Both the position numbers and the translations under genes were made by a program. 64,000 bases of DNA, taken from the human T2T-CHM13v2.0 reference genome, Homo sapiens. Shown in pieces: positions 14,470 through 26,547 of this stretch (the first letter of the stretch is position 1; every line of letters begins with the position of its first letter). The notes beneath the pieces were generated by a model. It made no database searches and was not told the DNA's origin. It saw nothing but the letters and a program-made list of their open reading frames with translations. The stretch is taken from assembly GCF_009914755.1 (NCBI RefSeq), contig NC_060927.1, one strand, 5' to 3'.

Positions 14470-14680
14470 AATAATAACATTTTGTTGCTTTTTACTGAAT
14501 ACCAGGTATCTACCTGTGATTTTTACTTATGTTCATGACAATTTCATAATAACTAGATGAGGTAGCTGGTATTATAATCTTTGTTTTATAGATAAATATA
14601 CTAGAACATAGAGAATTATAAAAATTGTCCAAGGTCAAACTACTGAATCACCCAGAAATTGAGCCTAATTCTGATTGAAA
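14470..14680 (-). mobile_element. MIR SINE
   Basis: ATGAGGTAG...TTTTATAGATAA...TTGTCCAAGGTCA. Confidence 0.6.
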
Positions 14681-15402
14681 CTATTCAGTTAGTTTTCCTT
14701 ATCAAATATACAAGCAAACTGTTGTTAAAGTCAAATGGCACTAAGGGCCTGAAAGTGAAAAAATTCTCCCCATTTTTCAATCCTGCTCCACAGAAAAATA
14801 CATTTTTAATGATTTTGATTTTTTCCTGATATATTTCTTCATATTTCTGAAAATGTGATTGTATTGGGTGTTTTAATTTATTAAGTTTAAACTTTATATA
14901 CTTTGTTATCATATATATAAATTTATTTTGCCAATACATATCCTCATTGCAATTACTCTTTCCTCGTTCTCCCCATTATAATTTTTATATTATGTCTATG
15001 CAAATGAAGTCTTCTGCCAAATTAAGTGATTCCTTTTAACTTTTCCCCATTTTTTTAAATGTTGGACTAATATTTGTTTATTACTTAATTGACTTATTTA
15101 ACTGTTACTTCCTACAAGTTTCTTTTCAAATGTCCTAATAGATCTGTCAAACGTGGAAAGTCTTTATATGCTCTACTACATCACTCTCCCCAGAGGTCAT
15201 GCTTTCTCTTTTTGTTTCAAGAGAAACCGGTTTCAGTTAGGCCTGACCTCTATCATCTGAAGACCTCTTCTACACAGTTCTGTGTTGGGTCGCATCCTTT
15301 CTGCATCCATCTCTTTCTCTTTCTATGCTTATTTACTAATTTTGGTAGTGAAATATCAAAAATACCATATCTCTAGTAATTTCTCTAGAAAGCATATGAA
15401 AA

Positions 15403-16332
15403 GAAAGGATGTTGAGTTGTAGGACTTTGTTATATTTTTTAATAATTAACTTCTTATCAGATATATGGTTTGAAATTACTTACTCCCATTCCATAGGTTG
15501 TTTTTTTTCACTCTCTAAAGATTGTTTCCTCTGTTGTACAGAACCTTTTTAGTTTAATGTAATACCAGTTACTTATTTATTCTTTTATTGCCTGTGCTTT
15601 TGGTCTCATATTCATGGAATCATTAACAAGCCCAAGACCTTGAGGTTTTCTTCCAGGAATTTTACAGTTCATGTCTTATGTTTAAGTTTTTAATCCATTT
15701 TGAATTGGCTTTTGTGTATGATGTAAGATATGGGACTAATTTCATTCATTTGCATGTGGATATCCTGTTTTCCCAGGACCATTTGTTTAAGAGAGTATCC
15801 ATTCTCCAAATCTTAGTTAACACTCTTGTCAAAGATCAGTAGACTGTATACGCATGGATTTATTTCTGTTCCATTGGAATATATGGTTGCCTTTATGCTA
15901 GTCCACTATTGTTTTGATTACTGTAGGTTTGCAATATAATTTGAAATCAGGAAGTGTGATTCCTCCAGCTTTGTTTTTCTTTCTCAAAATGCTTTGTATT
16001 TGGAATCTTTCCTGATCAATATGAATTGGAAAATTGTTTTTTTCTATTTCTGTAAAAAATGCTATTGGGATTTTGATAGGGAATTCACTGAATCTATAGA
16101 TCACTTTAAGTGGTATGAAGATTTTAAAAACACTAAGTCTTTCAATCTATGAACATTTTTTTTTCATTTCTTTGTGTATTGTTTAATTTCTGTCATCAGT
16201 GTTTTGTAGTTTTCAGTAAAAGTCTTTCACCTTCTTAGTTAATTTTATTCCTAAACATTTCTTTTTGGTGATGCTATAGATGGGATTGTCTTCCAAATTT
16301 TCTTCTTAGATAGTTTAATTTTAGTGTATTTT
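15403..16332 (-). mobile_element. Old L1 (L1MA/L1MB) ORF2 segment, inverted 5' part
   Basis: Minus-strand ORF 15898-16104 (MIYRFSEFPIKIP...ILRKKNKAGGITLPDFKLYCK) is L1 ORF2p-like. Confidence 0.9.
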
Positions 16333-17145
16333 ATAAAATGAGCTAAGGACTTGAATAACATTTCTCTAAAGAAGACATGCAAATGGCCAATAGATATATG
16401 AAAAAATGCTCAATGTCAGCAATCATCAGGAAAATGCAAATCAGTACCACAATTAAAAATGACCTTATACCTGTTAGGATGGATATCATAAAAAAAGATG
16501 ACAAATGTTGGCTAGATTGTGGAGAAATCAGAACCCTTGCACATTATTGGTGGGAATGAAAAATTGTGCATTTGCTATGGAAAACAAAATGAATATTTCT
16601 AAAAAAATAGAACTACCATGTGATCCAGCAATCTTACTTCTGTGTATCTATCCAAAAGAATTAAAAATCAGGATCCCAAAGAATATTCACAATAGGCAAT
16701 ATGCAGAAATAACCTAAGTGTCTATAGAGAGAAGAATGGGTAAAGAAAATGTTGTGTATGCATACAATGGAACACTAGTCAGCCTTCAGAAAAGGAAATT
16801 CTGAAATATGAGACAACATACATGAACTTTGAGGACATTATGCTAAGTGAAATGAGCCATTTACAGAAAGACAAATACTGCATAATTCCACTTACATGAG
16901 GTATCTAAAATAGTTTCATAGAATCAAAGAGTGGAATGGTGGTTGCCAGGGAGTGGAGATAGGGGCCAGTGGAATTGCTAATTTGCAGGCACAAAGTTGC
17001 AGCTAAGCAGGATGAGTAAGCTGTAGAAATATGCTATACAGTATCGTGCCTATAGTTAACAATAATGGATTTTATAACTTAAAAACTTGCCAAAAAGGTA
17101 GATATCATGTTAAATATTCCTATCATAATAAAACATAATTTTAAA
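16333..17145 (+). mobile_element. Old L1 (L1MA/L1MB) ORF2 3' end plus 3'UTR, non-inverted part
   Basis: ORF 16377 MQMANRYMKKCS...MQISTT is the ORF2p C-terminus; L1MB-like 3'UTR ending in AATAAA. Confidence 0.9.
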
Positions 17146-17159
17146 AAGGAATATGAAAA

Positions 17160-18650
17160 CAGATTTTTTGTTGTTATTTTCGTTAATTTTGAATGCTCTG
17201 TTCTTTACTCTTACATTGTTGAGTAGTTTGGCTGAGTAAGAATTCTAAGTTGAAATCAGAATTTTAAAAATGATGCTTTATTTTTCTTTAGTTTTCTTTG
17301 CTGTTATTAAAAAATTCTATGCTATTCTGAATACTGCTCCCTTACATGTGACTTAACTCTTTTTCTTTAAAATATTTTAGGATCTTCTCTTTATCCTCAC
17401 TGTTCTGAAATATCACTATGATGTCCATGGGGGGATGTATGTGTGTGCATGTGCGTGTGTATGTGTGTTTGTGTAGGAAGGATTTTTTTTTTAATCTTGG
17501 AACTTTAGTTAATCCTTTCCTTCTGGTGACTTCTGTCCTTCATTACTGAAAATCTTTATTGTATTATATTCAATAACTTCCTGCCTTCTGATTATTTTGT
17601 ACTCTTCTTCTGGAATTCTTACTATTAGTTGAAACTTCTTCATTTATTGAAGTATGTCTTTATTTTTAATCTCTCTCTCTCTCTCTCGCGTGTTCTCTCT
17701 CTCTCTCTCGCGTGTTCTCTCTCTCTCTCTTTCTCTCCCTCTTTCTGTTGATTGCTGTAGTTGTGCTTTTTGGGAAAGCCCTTAAAATTTTTTATGTTTC
17801 TATTTTTTTGAGAATATTCTTGATATAAAATGTTCATATCTATGAGGTTTTAAAAATTATTATTTTTCAAAATAGCCTTTTACTCTTGTAATATATTTTC
17901 TAATCTCTTATGGGATATAATAGTTTTTGTTTTAAATTTGTTTTTATTTATCTAATTTATGCTCACTAATTTTCCCCCTGTTTCTTTTAGGTTTCCACCT
18001 TTCTTTTTGTTTTGGTCTCTGTGTTTCTTATGTTGAAAACTTTTTTCAATTGTTAGTGCGCTTTGGCTGTCCATTTTATTTTTAAGAAGGAGGAACAAAA
18101 AAATTTACTAAGAGCTCTATGTGTAGGCACACAACCTGTAAACTTTGTGGCTTCATTCTAAGATGATTTGGATAAGATAAAATTTTTATTGGGGAATTAT
18201 CACTAAATGTCACAGTCTGGTGATATTTTCTATGGGACCATTTTGTTCTTATAGAGAGGAATCTTCTCTTTTCCTGGGGTGTGGAGTGGGTGATGGCCTT
18301 AGTTTTTAGTTTTCAGATGTGCAGGTAATCCACTGTGTCCAGAGGCATGCCTCATCCAAACTTTACACATGGCCTGGATCCTCCCAGTCCTATACCTTTC
18401 TCCGTTCTAAAGGTCAACTGCCCTTTCTCAGTGGTGTCTCCTGCTGCAGAAGCTTTACTTACAGCCGCCATCATTCTGTTAACTGTAATTCTTAATTATC
18501 CATTTACTTTACAGCTTCCAAAAGTTTTGTTGAAATACCAATCCCTCGTCTACTATTGTCTTTTCTGCTTTTCCTTTTGGTCTTCTTGGAATGTTATGAT
18601 GTTAAATTTGTTATTTAATTATAGTTAATTGCAGAAAAAGAGATAAACAC
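17160..18650 (-). mobile_element. Very old L1M(E)-like fragments including a (CT)n tract at 17670-17740
   Basis: T-rich degenerate L1 antisense-like sequence; family assignment is approximate. Confidence 0.45.
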
Positions 18651-20469
18651 ATATGGCCTACCAACCACGTTTAACAGTAATCCTTATTGTTTCTCATTGT
18701 GTTTTAATATATGCTCTCCTTTTGCTGTACCATATTATCATTACAATTTTGTGTGTATTCTTCATTAAGTATAAGGTTTTACATCTCTTTGATTCTTTAC
18801 TCTTAATAAGTACATTCTCAGAAACACTACCTTACTTTATTCATATAGAAATGCTTACTATACAGCATAAGTATATTATTCACCCTTGACAGATGGAAGA
18901 AACTACACTCTGAGAGTTTAATTAGCATGCCCAAGATCACACAGTCAGGTTTGCAGGCTTCTCCTTTATAGAATTTTGCCTCCCAACCCCTCCAACTCTA
19001 AATAGAGTCTAACTTGTGGCAACTTTATGAAATAAATAAAGAGAAGAAAAAGGTGGATTTCAAACACTTAGTTTAAACAATTCTTCTCCCGAAAGAAACT
19101 GCGAATTCTCAAAATTAGTTTGGGGTAATTTGATGATTTTAGTACATTACATGATACACAATCACTACCACAGTGAACAATTGAGATTTGACTGAAATAA
19201 CAGAAAGATGTACACTGCACTGATGTTTGTAGAAACATTTAAAGAAGCAAACAATATGCTGGATGGTGAAGGAGAACTCCAAAAATGAGGAGACACAGTT
19301 CACACATTTAGGTGCTTTCACAAACAATGTAAGGCAGGACTGCTCTGTGGCATGAACAAAATTGACAGCCACATCTACAGGGATTTCTCTACCTCTGGAC
19401 CTAATTTAATGGAACTAATGCATATTTATTACAGCATGGCTCTCATTAAACGACAGCCTGGCCATTAGACATAAAATCCCTGCAAGAGACATGATCCATT
19501 TTCTACAAAGGACCTTTTCTGGCCACTGAGACCCTGCTGCACTTACACTGACAACTTCATGTGCTGTGAACTGGAGGGATACGAGGCAGGGGCTCTCGGC
19601 CTTCTGTAGCCCAGTCTGTCTGTAAGCCTTCTGGTGGAGTCTAAGGAGGCCTGTATTGCTTTCCTGGAGGCAGAGACCAAGGCTTGTCAGGGCTGACACC
19701 TACCTCCCAGGTCCCTTCTTGTCAGATGCTTGGGCTTTGTCAGCTGAGCTCTAGCTGAGATGACAGCTGATACCTTTTGCTTTGGAGACGGCTTACTGGG
19801 CTACAGAACTGACTCTGTGAAGGGTGCCCTGACACGCCTTTACCAGCAGTCCCTAAACACTTGTCTCAGTCTCACTGATTCTCAAGCTTTTGCATGATTC
19901 CACAAGTCCTTAATCAAAAAACATTCCTTATCTTGCTGAATATTTAGCTAGCCAACCAGTCGATTACATGTTCTCTGTTAGGCTTTGCTTAAATACTGTC
20001 ACCTCTATTATTACTTTTTCAAACCCAGAAAGACTTAATCTGCCCTATTCTTGTTCCTTTAGTGTGTTATTTGTACTCTAGTACTTATTAGACTGCGGCT
20101 TATATGATGAGGATGGTAATGGTGTTGATGTCAGTGGTGCTGTTGCTAGGATAGTATATGCTTGAGAGACAATCTTCTTTCTGGCCTTCACTTGGTCAAA
20201 TTGCTTATCATCTTAATTTCTTCGTCTGTAAAAGGGTGGAGACAATAATACTCTCCTTTCCAATTTAAAAGATTAAGAATAAAAATGAATTGCATAAAGT
20301 GCCTGACACTAACATTGTTTTTATTTCCTTTCTCATTTTTGTGTTACTTGAAAATTATTTGATTTAGATTATACATTTTCATTATATGTGGTATTATATT
20401 TAATATGAGAATCTTCCCTTTAAAACAAACCTAACTTTGTAGATCTTATGTAAGTGTGTATATATATAA

Positions 20470-20470
<1 letters not shown>

Positions 20471-20506
<36 letters not shown>
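20471..20506. repeat. (TG)18 microsatellite
   Basis: Read directly. Confidence 0.97.
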
Positions 20507-20509
<3 letters not shown>

Positions 20510-20859
20510 CTTTATGAGTTTATCTTCTAGTAGAAAAAAATGCTGCTTTATCCTACGTTGGCTGCTTTCTGCCATGGGCCCAGGGTTGGGCTGGCTCATC
20601 TTCATTTCCCTATGAGTTCCTCTTTTGGTCAGTTGCCATAATTAGTTTCAGCTGTAGGTTATGGTTGGTGATCATAAGATCAAGCTGGGGCCATCTGAGC
20701 TCATGATTTATATGCTCACCAGCCAGGGAGAAGTCTTTTGAGAATTACAGCTTTATTCTCAAAAACCCTGATGCTTAGGTCTCAATGATTTGCCCTGGGA
20801 GAAGATGACTGGGTTGATGCTGTCTACCATCAATATCAAGGAGTGGTTCTACCCAGTTA

Positions 20860-21100
20860 TAGTCATAACTACCACTTGTCTTGCATTTTACAGTTATTAT
20901 AATGCCTTCAAAGGTGCTATCTATTGCAATCCACACTACTGCCCTGGAGGTGGGTCACATACCCATTTTACATATGGAGACACTGAAGCTCAGAGGTGTA
21001 TGAGATTAGCCCAAGAACACTCAGCTGACGCCAGCCTAAGTCTCAGGTTTTCTGACTCCACATGGGTGCATAGTCTTAGTCTTCTCTATGCTGCTGTAGT
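20860..21100 (-). mobile_element. MIR SINE
   Basis: CCCATTTTACATATGGAGACACTGAAGCTCAGAG...CCCAAGAACAC. Confidence 0.75.
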
Positions 21101-23039
21101 GGTTTATATTTCTGGCACCTTCATCTTCTCATACTAATCTGACAGAGTCAGACTCAAAGAAACTCACAGCACACTTGAAGGAAGTGAGTCATTCTCCTTG
21201 GAGCAAGGTGACCAAAAAGCATTTTAATTCAGACTATTTTCTTAGAGATATTCATGCCTAACGCTACCCTAGGGGCATGTTTCAGAAATGTGAGGGAGGG
21301 TTATAGCTTGAAAAAGCCCCCTTCGTGACTGTTATACACACTCTAGGGGCAGCTCTCCCTCCACTCAATGCTTTTGGCCTTTTAGGAGAACATGTTTCCC
21401 CAATTACTCAAAGGCCAGGTCCTTAGAGAAAAATGTACTGCTGCGCATAGTGAATTATATTGATTCTTCCAACAAGTTGTAGAGAAGACTCATTTATCTG
21501 TTGGATAGTTGGGAGTTTATGGGGATTTTTACATTTTACCAAAGAGTACCTTTTAACCACTGAATTCTATTATTCTGTTATTTTTACTTCATCTCTTTAG
21601 GAAGGTACTCTCTTGTTGACTAAGGCTGTTTGCCACTGTTTACAACATATTCTCATAATTACAAATGGAAGTGTAGGTTCCAGAAACCATGGGTCAGTCT
21701 GAAAAGGAAACCCAGGTCCAGCTGGGGAACTGAAAGTTAGAAAGAATCTCAAACCCAGGCTTGCACCAGAGACAGGGGGCCAGCAAGGCAAACTGGAAGC
21801 TCCTCAAGCACTCCGGACATGTGTGAATTTCTGTGAGTCTCTGGGTTGATGTCTGGTGAGACATTTCATGTCAGGGTTTAAGGTGACGGCTGGTGTTTGA
21901 AGCCTGTGTCCATGGGCACAGCAAGGATATGAGACATTGGTGAATTGGCCAGGGGACTCCTAATAGCCTTGACCAGAAGCCAGTCACAGTTTACACTATC
22001 CTTATTAAGAAAGTAAGTTAGGAGATCACCCCAGCTGGTGTTCTGGATTCTCAGTGGGTGTTGAGCTTTATAGCCTATGTAAAGCCCAGCCTCCAAGCCC
22101 CATAGGCCTTTGCCAACTAGATTTCTCAGAGATGCTTTTATCCGTTTTGTTCATGGATAGCCTCTGTGAGATGGTGTGTATGAGGAATCATGAGGCCGCA
22201 TTCTAAACATGGCAACCTTTATATGACCAATAAATACACCTGCTTGTCTGAGGCCAAAATTGGTCTCAGTGGATGTAATTGAAGTTGCTTTGTGTTTTTG
22301 ATTTTTCATCACTTTTTTTTTTCAGTATGGCTAGCACTTACAGATAGTTTTAGTTGTATCTGACTTTGGGCCTTTAAGGGAGAGAAATGAGAAATAATTC
22401 AATTTTACTTTTGCTGCATAAATGAGAGCTGGAGCTTTGGGAATGTGTTAAGCAGTAATAAAAGACAGCACTTGTTTCCTAAAAAGGCATTGCTGGAACA
22501 ACAGCAACAACAAAACTATTGTAATGGAAGCCTGGGGTGACTTTAAGAAAGTGCTATGCGGGTTTTAGAAGAGTTTTGTTACCTGTAGTTTGAATGAGCA
22601 GTAAAATACAAAAACTTGCTTTTACTAATTCCCCAATCTGTGTCTGTTGTTAACTGGGTTGTTCACAAAGATACATCTGTAGCCGAGCCCTTTACTGCTC
22701 CATTTATGTGCATCTGAATTCTGGCAAGCATATTTGCAGCACAGCCTCCTATCATTTTCAATAGAACCTTGTCTGGGCATAGAAAAAGAGCAGAAATGTG
22801 TTTTTATGAATAAATCCTAAAATATCTGCTTCTGTGACCCATCATCCAGAGATAACCTCTTCTCCCTCCATTGCCTCATTTCCGACCAATAATAGGACCA
22901 GTCAGATATGCTAATTCATTATCTTAGAACTACACCCCAGAGGTTAAAACTTACTGAGTCCTTTTAAAAAAAAAGCCCCCTAAATACTGAGAAGCAGAGC
23001 CATATCTCACCACTTTGGCTGGAGAGAGAGAGAAGCCAT

Positions 23040-24178
23040 TGACTAAAGTTGAAATGAAGGAAAAAATGTTAAGGGCAGCCAGAGAGAAAGGTCGTGTTAC
23101 CCACAAAGGGAAGCCCATCAGACTAACAGCTGATCTCTTGACAGAAACTTTACAAGCCAGATGAGAGTGGGGGCCAATATTCAACATTCTTAAAGAAAAG
23201 AATTTTCAATCCAGAATTTCATATCCAGCCAAACTAAGCTTCATAAGTGAAGGAGAAATAAAATCCTTTACAAACAAGCAAATGCTGAGAGATTTTGTCA
23301 CCACCAGGCCTGCCCTACAAGAGCTCCTGAAGGAAGCACTAAACATGGAAAGGAACAACCTGTACCAGCCACTGCAAAATCATGCCAAATTGTAAAGACC
23401 ATCGACGCTACAAAGAAACTGCATCAACTAATGAGCAAAATAACCAGCTAACATCATAATGACAGGATCAAATTCACACATAACAATATTAACCTTAAAT
23501 GTAAATGGGCTAAATGCTCCAATTAAAAGACACAGACTGGCAAATTGGATAAAGAGTCAAGACCCATCAGTGTACTGTATTCAGGAGACCCATCTCACGT
23601 GCAGAGACACACATAGGCTCAAAATAAAGGGATGGAGGAAGATCTACCGAGCAAATGGAAAACAAAAAAAGGCAGGGGTTGCAATCCTAGTTTCTGATAA
23701 AATAGACTTTAAACCAACAAAGATCAAAAGAGACAAAGAAGGCCATTACATAATGGTAAAGGGATCAATTCAACAAGAAGAGCTAACTATCCTAAATATA
23801 TATGCACCCAATACAGGAGCACCCAGATTCATAAAGCAAGTCCTTAGAGACCTACAAAGAGACTTAGACTCCCACACAATAATAATGGGAGACTTTAACA
23901 CCCCACTGTCAACATTAGACAGATCAACGAGACAGAAAGTTAACAAGGATATCCAGGAATTGAACTCAGCTCTGCACCAAGCGGACCTAATAGACATCTA
24001 CAGAACTCTCCACCCCAAATCAACAGAATATACGTTCTTCTCAGCACCACATCACACTTATTCCAAAACTGACCACATAGTTGGAAGTAAAGCGCTCCTC
24101 AGCAAATGTAAAAAAACAGAAATTATAACAAACTGTCTCTCAGACCACAGTGCAATCAAACTAGAACTCAGGATTGAG
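23040..24178 (+). mobile_element. Internal L1PA fragment (ORF1 3' end, spacer, ORF2 EN domain), truncated at both ends
   Basis: Highly similar to the L1PA at 62780-63915; no 5'UTR, 3'UTR, poly(A) or clear TSD. Confidence 0.95.
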
Positions 24179-24208
24179 AGACTACAGATTCTCATCATCT
24201 TCCCCTAG
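23459..24208 (+). CDS. Open 249-aa ORF: L1 ORF2p APE-type endonuclease domain (aa 1-239) plus 10 aa read-through; expression unsupported
   Basis: [17 protein letters not shown]...QETH...GDFN...[12 protein letters not shown]. Domain identity is certain, but gene status is not supported. Confidence 0.3.
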   Translation: MTGSNSHITILTLNVNGLNAPIKRHRLANWIKSQDPSVYCIQETHLTCRDTHRLKIKGWRKIYRANGKQKKAGVAILVSDKIDFKPTKIKRDKEGHYIMVKGSIQQEELTILNIYAPNTGAPRFIKQVLRDLQRDLDSHTIIMGDFNTPLSTLDRSTRQKVNKDIQELNSALHQADLIDIYRTLHPKSTEYTFFSAPHHTYSKTDHIVGSKALLSKCKKTEIITNCLSDHSAIKLELRIERLQILIIFP

Positions 24209-24692
24209 GTTATCTACTTATTGGTATCTTACTCGTGGGCCAGCAATACTGGTTTCCTTTTTCCTTCCTCCTACAATCCAGCTGCTGAGATAGCTTCTCC
24301 CATTCATCTTCACTAATTAATTTATTTTTATAGTGTGATCTGTCAGTTTTTCATCAGCCTTTCCAGAACATTGCCTTATTCTTTTCTAAGAACAACTATA
24401 TTATTTCTTCTCAGGAACTTCTATGTTGTTAATTTTTCTATTCAAAACAGTTACGTTGAATATAATAACTACTTTTTCGTGTAATTCTGGGCAAATATGC
24501 AGGAGGAAGGTGAGGGTGTTGTATAGTTCTAAACACGGGAATTCAGGTACTTTGGAATTCCTCAAATAATCTGTATTTGCACCTGCTGGAATGCTGCTCT
24601 TCCCTCTGCAATATTGCTAACTCCTAGATTCATAGGGTCCCAGAGTCTAGAACTAGATAGATTTGACAGAGGATTACAAGCTCTGAGAGGCA

Positions 24693-24909
24693 CAGGGTGC
24701 AGGTAAGATAAGTAACTATCATTAATAGCTTTTTCCATGCAAGAAGATGTGAGAGACCTTCCTACCATGTGGATTTCAATACCTTCAAAAGCTGCATTTC
24801 TCAAATCACAAAGCGAACACAAATCACCTGGGGATATTATTAAAATGTAGATTCTGGTTCAGATCCTAGGTGATTCTGATGCTGGTATTCCAGGGACCAC
24901 ATTTGGAAT
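24693..24909 (+). repeat. 217-bp dispersed duplication, copy A (unique DNA plus MER5-like piece)
   Basis: Colinear with 26211-26427. Confidence 0.92.
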
Positions 24910-24924
24910 AGTAGGGTCTAAAAT

Positions 24925-25312
24925 TTCATTGTCCAATATGGTAGCTACTGCCACATGCAGCTATTAAGCAGTTGAAGTGTAACTAGTTCAAATTCGGATG
25001 TTCTATAAATGTAAAATACAAGATTTCAAAGATTCATTTAAAAAAGCATGGATATAAAATTTCTCATTGGTATTTTACATTGATGACATGTTGATAATAG
25101 TTTGGTTATATTGAGCTTAATAAAGTATATAATCAAATTAATTTTAGTTGCTTTTTAATTATTTAAAGGAGAACTACAAACTTGTAAATTACATTATTTT
25201 ATAATTTTAATCCAGTGCTTCTCAAATTTTACTGTGCTTACCAACTACCCAAGATTCTTGTTAAAAGCAGATTCTGATTGCTCATTTTATATTTCTATGA
25301 ACACCACTGCTT
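24925..25312. mobile_element. MER33-like hAT MITE with an internal MER5-like piece (~25212-25279)
   Basis: TTGTCCAATATGGTAGCTACTGCCACATG...TTATATTTCTATGAACACCACTG. Confidence 0.7.
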
Positions 25313-25369
25313 TAATGCTCTTTTCCCTCCATTTCATTGGCTATTGATAGCATTTAGCATATTTTATAA

Positions 25370-25545
25370 CAGTGGCTCTCAAGCTTTATTGTGCTTAATA
25401 GTCACCTGGTTGGCTTGTTAAACCAATGATTGCTGTTCTACTCCCAGACTATAATTGAGTAGTTTTGAATGAGGATCCAAGAATTACTATTCCTAACAAG
25501 GTCCCAGGTGATACTCATGCTGCTGCATGGACCACACTTAACAGT
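25370..25545. mobile_element. MER5A-like hAT MITE
   Basis: CAGTGGCTCTCAAGC...TAACAAGGTCCCAGGTGATACTCATGCTGCTG...GGACCACACTT. Confidence 0.7.
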
Positions 25546-26174
25546 ATTAAAACCCTGAAACTCTTTCCTTTCTTGCCTATTCAGTAGCATTTAGCATCTT
25601 CTGTCCCTCTGTTTTGCAGAGTATAGTTTGTGAACGTATTTTTGTATCTTCTGCTCTACTCACACCGATGTCCATTCATATTGCGGCAATGTCCATTCAC
25701 CCTGTGACATTGTAAAGTCTTTGAAGGGAAACGTTGTGCCTGTTTGTCTTGGTACCACCAGAGCATCTACTTCAACAATTGGCTTGTTAAATTGAAATAA
25801 ATTGGATTTAATGAAGTAATTCACCTTTTTTCTTCTTTATTCTCTTACTAGGAGTTCTGACAAGCACAAAAGATTAAAATGTTAATGAAAGAAAACAGGT
25901 ATAAGGGTTGATCTGTCAATTAATCTATTGATTTACTAATTATTGGGTAAATTGTTTGCTTTCTGTTCTTTTTTATTAGTTTAATTCAATGCATATTTTT
26001 AAACACTGAAATGCTGATGATTAGGGCAATGAGTTAGTCTGGTTTCAGAAGATAAGTTAATTGGAAGGTCAGAACAACACTATCAAGTACACCTAGGAAA
26101 TTAAAGCTATGACGTCATGGTAGCCCAGAGGTAGGAGAAAAGCTACCCTTTAAATTATGCTGATTAAAGCCTTA

Positions 26175-26547
26175 CTAACCAAAAAGTTCTCCTTAGACCA
26201 GCAGCATCAGCAGAGTGGAGGTAAGAGAAGTAACTATCACTAATAGCTTTTGCTATGCAAGAAGATGAGAAATAACTTCCTACCATATGGATTTCAATAC
26301 CTTCAAAGGCAGTGTTTCTCAAATCACAAAGTGCACACAAATCACCTGGGGATATTATTAAAATGTAGATTCTAACTCAGATCTTAGGTGATTCTGATGC
26401 TGGTAATCTGGGGACCACATTTGGAATGATTCCTGAAACATTGTTACAAATGCATAATCTCAGGCAAAATACCTGAATATATCAATCAGAATCTGCTCGG
26501 AACAACTTGGGTAATTGGTAAGCACATTAACATTTGAGAAACACTGG
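26175..26547. mobile_element. MER5A-like MITE interrupted by duplication copy B (26211-26427)
   Basis: GACCAGCAGCATCAGCA, then the insert, then CCTGAAACATTGTTACAAATGCA...TTTGAGAAACACTG. Confidence 0.8.
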
